A stretch of 64,000 nucleotides of DNA from Chloroflexota bacterium. GTDB lineage: Bacteria > Chloroflexota > UBA11872 > VXOZ01. Shown here in pieces: positions 59,606 to 64,000 of this stretch. The DNA lies in NCBI GenBank assembly GCA_963662335.2, contig CAXXVD010000005.1, positions 320,001-384,000 of the forward strand. Reading direction: 5' to 3'. The stretch's first letter is position 1. The number at the start of each line of letters is the position of its first letter. Under the pieces are notes generated by a model. It saw only the letters and a list, made by a program, of their open reading frames with translations, made no database searches and had not been told where the DNA came from. The position numbers were made by a program, and so were the translations under genes.

Positions 59606-61192
59606 ATGTACGACGTAGTGTTCGAAGGCTGCACGGTGGTAGACGGCAGCGGCGGCCGCAGTTTCGTCGCGGACGTTGCCGTTCACGACGGTTCGATCGC
59701 GGCCGTGGGCGCGCTTGCGCACGCGGACGCCCAGCGGCGCGTGCCCGGCGGCGGCAAAGTACTCGCGCCGGGCTTCATCGACATGCACACGCACTCGGAC
59801 CTGCCATTACTTGTGAATAACAGAGCCGAAAGCAAGATTCGCCAGGGCGTTACCACAGAGGTCATTGGCAATTGCGGTTTTGGCCCGGCGCCCCTCACCG
59901 CGATAACGAAGCCGGAAATTCGCGGCATGAGCACTTTCCTCGCCAAGGGGAGCGAAGCTCTAGGGTGGGAATGGCTGACATTCGGCGAATACTTGGACGC
60001 CATGGATCAAAATGGAGCGGCCTTGAACGTCGTGCCGCTCGTCGGCCACGTGCCGATACGCATGGCGGCGATGGGAGTCCAACGACGTCACGCCGAGCCG
60101 GAGGAGATCAAGGCGCAGCAGCAGCACGTCCGCCAATCGTTGGAGGATGGCGCCTTTGGCATGTCGAGTGGTCTCATCTTTCCGCCCAGCTCCTATGCGG
60201 ATACGGAAGAACTGGTCAGCCTTGCCCACGTCTTGCACGAATTCGGCGCGCACTACTTCAGCCACATTCGCGGCGAGGGCGATACGCTCCTGCGCGCCGT
60301 CGCGGAAGCCATTGAGATTGGCGAACGCGCGGATGTATCTGTGGAGATTGCCCACCACAAAGCAACCGGCAAGAATAACTGGGGCAAGGTGCGCGACGCC
60401 ACCATGCAGAGCGAGCGCGCCCAGGACCGCAACGTGAACGTCAACTTCGACGTCTATCCCTACACGGCCGGCAGCGGCGGGTTGGATCAAGTGGTACCAA
60501 ACTGGGCGAAGGAAGGCGGAACGGCAGCCATGCTCGCACGCCTCAAAGACCCGGAGACATACGCCCAATTGCGGCAAGAAGCCGCTGCATCGTTCCGCAC
60601 GTGGGAGAAATTCTATCTGGTTTGGATTGGCAACGATGCCTACAGGCAGTATGAAGGGCAGGAATTCACCGCAATTGGGGAGAGCCTCCAGATGGATCCC
60701 CTTGACGCCGCCTTTCACCTCATCATCGAAAGCCAGAACTCTGCTTCCATGTTGGCATTCTCAACGAGCGAGGAAGACGTGGAATTCATGCTGAAACACC
60801 CGCTCGGCATGGTGGGTTCCGATGGTTCGAGTCTGGCCCCGTACGGTCCCCTCAGCCAGGGAGTGCCGCATCCACGAAACTACGGCACGTATCCCCGGAT
60901 GCTGCAGGTCTACGTGCGCGAGCGCAACGTTTTGTCTTTGGAACAAGCGATTCGCAAAATGTCGGGCGCGTGCGCGGAGAAACTTGGACTGGCTGCAAAG
61001 GGCTTTGTTCGCAGCGGCCTGGATGCCGATCTCGTTCTCTTTGATCCGGTAAACGTCGCGGACAACGCCACGTTTGGCGACCCGCACCAGTACCCATCAG
61101 GTATCGACCTGGTCATGGTGAACGGCGAGATCGTGGTGGAGAACGGCGAGCACACCGGCAAGCTGCCCGGCAGAGTCCTCCGCCGAAACTAA
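59606..61192 (+). CDS. N-acyl-D-amino-acid deacylase (D-aminoacylase)
   Basis: PGFIDMHTHSD, GNCG, SHIR, HHK, DVYPY, GSDG, PHPRNYGT. Confidence 0.93.
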   Translation: MYDVVFEGCTVVDGSGGRSFVADVAVHDGSIAAVGALAHADAQRRVPGGGKVLAPGFIDMHTHSDLPLLVNNRAESKIRQGVTTEVIGNCGFGPAPLTAITKPEIRGMSTFLAKGSEALGWEWLTFGEYLDAMDQNGAALNVVPLVGHVPIRMAAMGVQRRHAEPEEIKAQQQHVRQSLEDGAFGMSSGLIFPPSSYADTEELVSLAHVLHEFGAHYFSHIRGEGDTLLRAVAEAIEIGERADVSVEIAHHKATGKNNWGKVRDATMQSERAQDRNVNVNFDVYPYTAGSGGLDQVVPNWAKEGGTAAMLARLKDPETYAQLRQEAAASFRTWEKFYLVWIGNDAYRQYEGQEFTAIGESLQMDPLDAAFHLIIESQNSASMLAFSTSEEDVEFMLKHPLGMVGSDGSSLAPYGPLSQGVPHPRNYGTYPRMLQVYVRERNVLSLEQAIRKMSGACAEKLGLAAKGFVRSGLDADLVLFDPVNVADNATFGDPHQYPSGIDLVMVNGEIVVENGEHTGKLPGRVLRRN

Positions 61193-61253
61193 GCGCCGGT
61201 AACGGCCTCGATGTACTCTGGCCCCGAAGTCACTCGACTCTACTCTTCAACCC

Positions 61254-61277
61254 GTAGCGCGGGGGCTTGTCCCCCGC
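61254..61277 (+). repeat. GTAG-type REP (REP-C)
   Basis: Exact match to the 16464 copy. Confidence 0.9.
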
Positions 61278-61339
61278 CTCCGGTCGCAATGGGCGAACCT
61301 CCTTGCAGGCTGCGCCGTACTCGCCGCGCGCCCACGCCC

Positions 61340-62080
61340 TCATATGCCGTAGGCCAACCGGTCGCTCAAGGGCCGTGGTAGATTGGCTGCGCGCATCCTC
61401 TGCTGGGTAGCCGCCACGTCGTACGCCACCCGCCGCAGTTGGAACTCGCGGCTGGCGGAGTCGTAGATGCCAAAGGCGGCGTCCGGGTTGCCGTCGCGGG
61501 GTTGGCCGACGCTGCCGGGATTGATGATCATGCGCATGCGGCCATCCAGCGGCAGCGCTTCTTCCGGCTGCGGGACGATGCGGAGCACTTCCACGTTTGG
61601 CCCATGTTCGGCGGCGAGGAACGCGCTCGGCAGGTGGGTATGGCCGACCAAACAGTAGCGCGTTGAGAAGTGCAGGAAACTCCGCCGCGCCTCTGTGGAA
61701 TAGAAGAGATACTCCTCGGTCGGCGCGCGCGGGCTGCCGTGGACGAGGAGGAACTCACCCTCCTGGCGCGTTTCCGGCAGGGCGTGCAGGAATTCCCGCG
61801 TTGACGCGGTGAGCCGCGCCGCCGTCCACCGCGCCGCGTCGGCGGCATGAGGATTGAAGCCGGCGGCTGAGCGCTTCCCGCAAGCGACCCAATCGTGATT
61901 CCCGGCCACCGCCACGAGTGTGTGCCGGCGGAGCGCGTCCACGCACTCGTTTGGATTAGGCCCGTAGCCCACCAGGTCGCCCAGGCACCAAATCCGGTCG
62001 AACGGCGGGGCGGCCGCGAGCACGGCGGAAAGCGCTTCCAGGTTGGCGTGCACGTCGGCGATGATGAGATAGCGCGAAAC
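61340..62080 (-). CDS. Calcineurin-like metallophosphoesterase; start codon non-canonical or mutated
   Basis: RYLIIADVHAN, LGDLVGYG, GNHD, HGSP, GHTH, NPGSVGQPRD; no ATG/GTG/TTG upstream of the DxH Asp. Confidence 0.85.
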   Translation of the reverse strand, partial: VSRYLIIADVHANLEALSAVLAAAPPFDRIWCLGDLVGYGPNPNECVDALRRHTLVAVAGNHDWVACGKRSAAGFNPHAADAARWTAARLTASTREFLHALPETRQEGEFLLVHGSPRAPTEEYLFYSTEARRSFLHFSTRYCLVGHTHLPSAFLAAEHGPNVEVLRIVPQPEEALPLDGRMRMIINPGSVGQPRDGNPDAAFGIYDSASREFQLRRVAYDVAATQQRMRAANLPRPLSDRLAYGI

Positions 62081-62127
62081 TGCCGGCTCCTCTATCGCTA
62101 TTCCGCCGCGCCGGGCGGGTCAGGCAA

Positions 62128-62421
62128 CTAGGGAAAGGGTATGAAGTCAATCTCCCGGTCGATGATGTCCATCTCCAGGGCAAGGCCGGTGATGTGGTTC
62201 GTTACCTTGTCCAGCACCGAATTGGCGTGGCGCACGCTCGTGCTGACACAAGTAATGCCGATGACGCACGTGCCCCACACGTCCTGATCGGCCACTTCGC
62301 CAATCGCCACGTTGAACCGCGCCCGCGTGCGGTCAATGATGGCCCGCACGACGCGGCGCTTCTCCTTGAGGGAGTCGCTGGCGTAGAGTTGAAAGGTGAG
62401 TTGGCAAACTCCGATGATCAT
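62128..62421 (-). CDS. DUF503 (YlxP) family protein
   Basis: MIIG...SLKEKR.VV......RFNVAI.EV..QD. Confidence 0.9.
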   Translation of the reverse strand: MIIGVCQLTFQLYASDSLKEKRRVVRAIIDRTRARFNVAIGEVADQDVWGTCVIGITCVSTSVRHANSVLDKVTNHITGLALEMDIIDREIDFIPFP

Positions 62422-62507
62422 TGCGGCAACGACGGTCACTGGGAGACGGCTCTGCAATGTGCGGCGCGCACATAAGCGAACGGCGCCGACACTGCAACAA
62501 ACTGGGG

Positions 62508-62581
62508 TCGGGGTGCCCGGATTTGAACCGGGGTCCTCATGGACCCAAACCATGCGCGCTGCCAGACTGCGCCACACCCCG
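62508..62581 (-). tRNA. tRNA-Pro (TGG)
   Basis: CGGGGTGTGGCGCAGTCTGGCAGCGCG-CATGG TTTGGGT CCATG-...GGTTCAAATCC...CACCCCGA; followed by CCCCA, so CCA not exactly encoded. Confidence 0.95.
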
Positions 62582-62640
62582 TGCGAAAGCTCTACTAACT
62601 CAAAACAATCTAAGCCGCAATAAAGCCCGCCTTGCGCGGA

Positions 62641-62943
62641 CTACGGCGAGAACTGACCAGTAAAGAGCGCCAGCAGGAAGCCCAGGATTGCCACTGTCAG
62701 CGCGGCCGCAATTGCCACGTACGCGCCAACGTACAGTCGCATCCGCAACTCCAACTCCCGTAGGTCGGCCTTGGTCGCCATGTCGGCAATATCGGCCTTG
62801 GTCGCCATGTCCGCAATATCGGCTTTGGTCGCCAACGCGCCGTAGCCGCCACTGCCAACGTCTATCAGCGCCTGCGCTTGGCGTTTCGAAAAGCCTGGCG
62901 CCATGAGCGCTTGAAACGCCTGGTGCGTATTGAAGACCGCCAC
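62641..62943 (-). CDS. DUF1640/CCDC90-like coiled-coil membrane protein with ATKADIADM repeats
   Basis: FNTH...L...GFSKRQAQA, LATKAD, C-terminal TM; 27-nt tandem repeat; promoter TTGACC-N18-TAGAAT at 62994-62965. Confidence 0.75.
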   Translation of the reverse strand: MAVFNTHQAFQALMAPGFSKRQAQALIDVGSGGYGALATKADIADMATKADIADMATKADLRELELRMRLYVGAYVAIAAALTVAILGFLLALFTGQFSP

Positions 62944-63012
62944 GTTCCGCTCCCTTCACGTCTCATTCTACGCAGGCGCAAAGCCGCCGGTCAACCGGAT
63001 TGAGTCTCGCCG

Positions 63013-63063
63013 AGACAAACACAAACAGAGAAGAGGCGCAGGCTCTATCGCCCGCGCCTCTTC
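63013..63063 (-). terminator. Intrinsic terminator after the solute-binding protein gene
   Basis: GAAGAGGCGC.../...GCGCCTCTTC stem followed by TCTGTTTGTGTTTG on the minus strand. Confidence 0.7.
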
Positions 63064-63085
63064 GCCCCAAAGCTAAGGAATAGCC

Positions 63086-64000
63086 CTAGCCGCTCATTAC
63101 GCTATCGAGCTCGGCCTGCTGGGTCGTCGCCAGCGTCTTGAGTCCCTCTTCGGCCGTGATCTGCTCCTGCAAGACCTGGGCCGCGACATCCAGGTACGCC
63201 CGGCGATAGTCGCCCGCCGTCGCGATCGGCGGCCAGTACGTCTCGCCTCTTTCAGCCAGCGCCAGGAAGACGTCAACGTACGGCACGATGCGGTTATCCG
63301 CGCCGACTTTCGCGATGTAGCCTTCCTTGAACTCGCCCAACTGGGCAATCACGCACGGGCCGTTCAGGGTCTCGTAGCCCATCTTGCCGGAGTTGTCGAT
63401 GAACATCCACTTGTCGAATGCCCACGCTTCATCCGGGTTGGCGGCGTTGACCGGAATGGCGTACATCCAGCCCTGCACCGAGTTGAAGCGGATGCCTTCT
63501 TCCGCGCCCTCGACCGTCGGCGGCAGGCCGATGCCATAGGGCAAGCCCTCGCCATTGGCATCCAGGCGGTCCTGCGCCCAGAAGCCGCTCGAGAAGAAGG
63601 CCAGGTTGCCGGTATACCACGGATATGCCGCGTGGTAGTAGCTGCCGGCTTCACCGTGGAACTCGTTGATGGCCTCGTAGCCGCCCTGCTTCTTGGTCAA
63701 GTCTGCCAACCAATTGAGCGCCTCGATGTTCGCGGGATGATCCGGCGTCACCTTGCCGGTCTCGTAGTTGTAGAACTCGCCGCCAAAGAGGAAGGCAAGC
63801 CGTTCCCGGCCGAAACTCCGCCAGTTCCAACCCAGGTGGCTGATCTTGCCGCCTTCATTGCGATGGAGCTTGAGCGAGATCTCCTCCGTGTCCTCGAAGG
63901 TGTTCAGCGGCACTTCCGGATCTTCGCCAAACGCCAGGTACATGTCCTTGTTCCAGAAGTAGACCACCCAGTCCGCGCCGCCCGGCACCGCGTAGAGTTG
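63086..64000 (-). CDS. ABC sugar-type solute-binding protein (5' end outside the window)
   Basis: Open frame to the window edge; YFWNKDMY, GW.YAIP..A.NPDEAW.F. Confidence 0.8.
   Translation of the reverse strand, partial: QLYAVPGGADWVVYFWNKDMYLAFGEDPEVPLNTFEDTEEISLKLHRNEGGKISHLGWNWRSFGRERLAFLFGGEFYNYETGKVTPDHPANIEALNWLADLTKKQGGYEAINEFHGEAGSYYHAAYPWYTGNLAFFSSGFWAQDRLDANGEGLPYGIGLPPTVEGAEEGIRFNSVQGWMYAIPVNAANPDEAWAFDKWMFIDNSGKMGYETLNGPCVIAQLGEFKEGYIAKVGADNRIVPYVDVFLALAERGETYWPPIATAGDYRRAYLDVAAQVLQEQITAEEGLKTLATTQQAELDSVMSG

Overview
GC-rich bacterial chromosomal window, most likely Chloroflexota and possibly a marine or sponge-associated lineage. This is an inference from the YF-x-x-TG-H/K...GG-x-x-RFGYPLT repeat protein, orphan Tat-lipoprotein solute-binding paralogs, baseplate-J/ruvX/mltG cluster, PaREP1 paralogs and a plant-type LRR protein. 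It holds about 45 CDS: TCA (hdrB-like sdh subunit, mdh), gltB, pheA, rpe, folE/folC, pncB, an ATP-dependent ligase, transporters and many paralogous catabolic enzymes. It also has three tRNAs (Val-TAC, Phe-GAA, Pro-TGG). No intact transposase, integrase, prophage or CRISPR is present. Features missing from the ORF track: (1) a TGA-recoded selenoprotein (TlpA/redoxin with UxC motif plus TPR, 2243-3112) with a clean SECIS-like hairpin; (2) nested non-autonomous elements, namely a 147-bp CTGACAGG-ended MITE that carries one REP family and inserts into another, and a GGAGACC-ended element around one copy; (3) a membrane protein with REEG repeats and an internal SD+ATG resembling the Rpn long/short toxin-antitoxin layout; (4) a 21-bp-phased CATCAAG array; (5) a phosphoesterase gene with no canonical start codon. 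All calls come from motif recognition by eye; no database searches were run.
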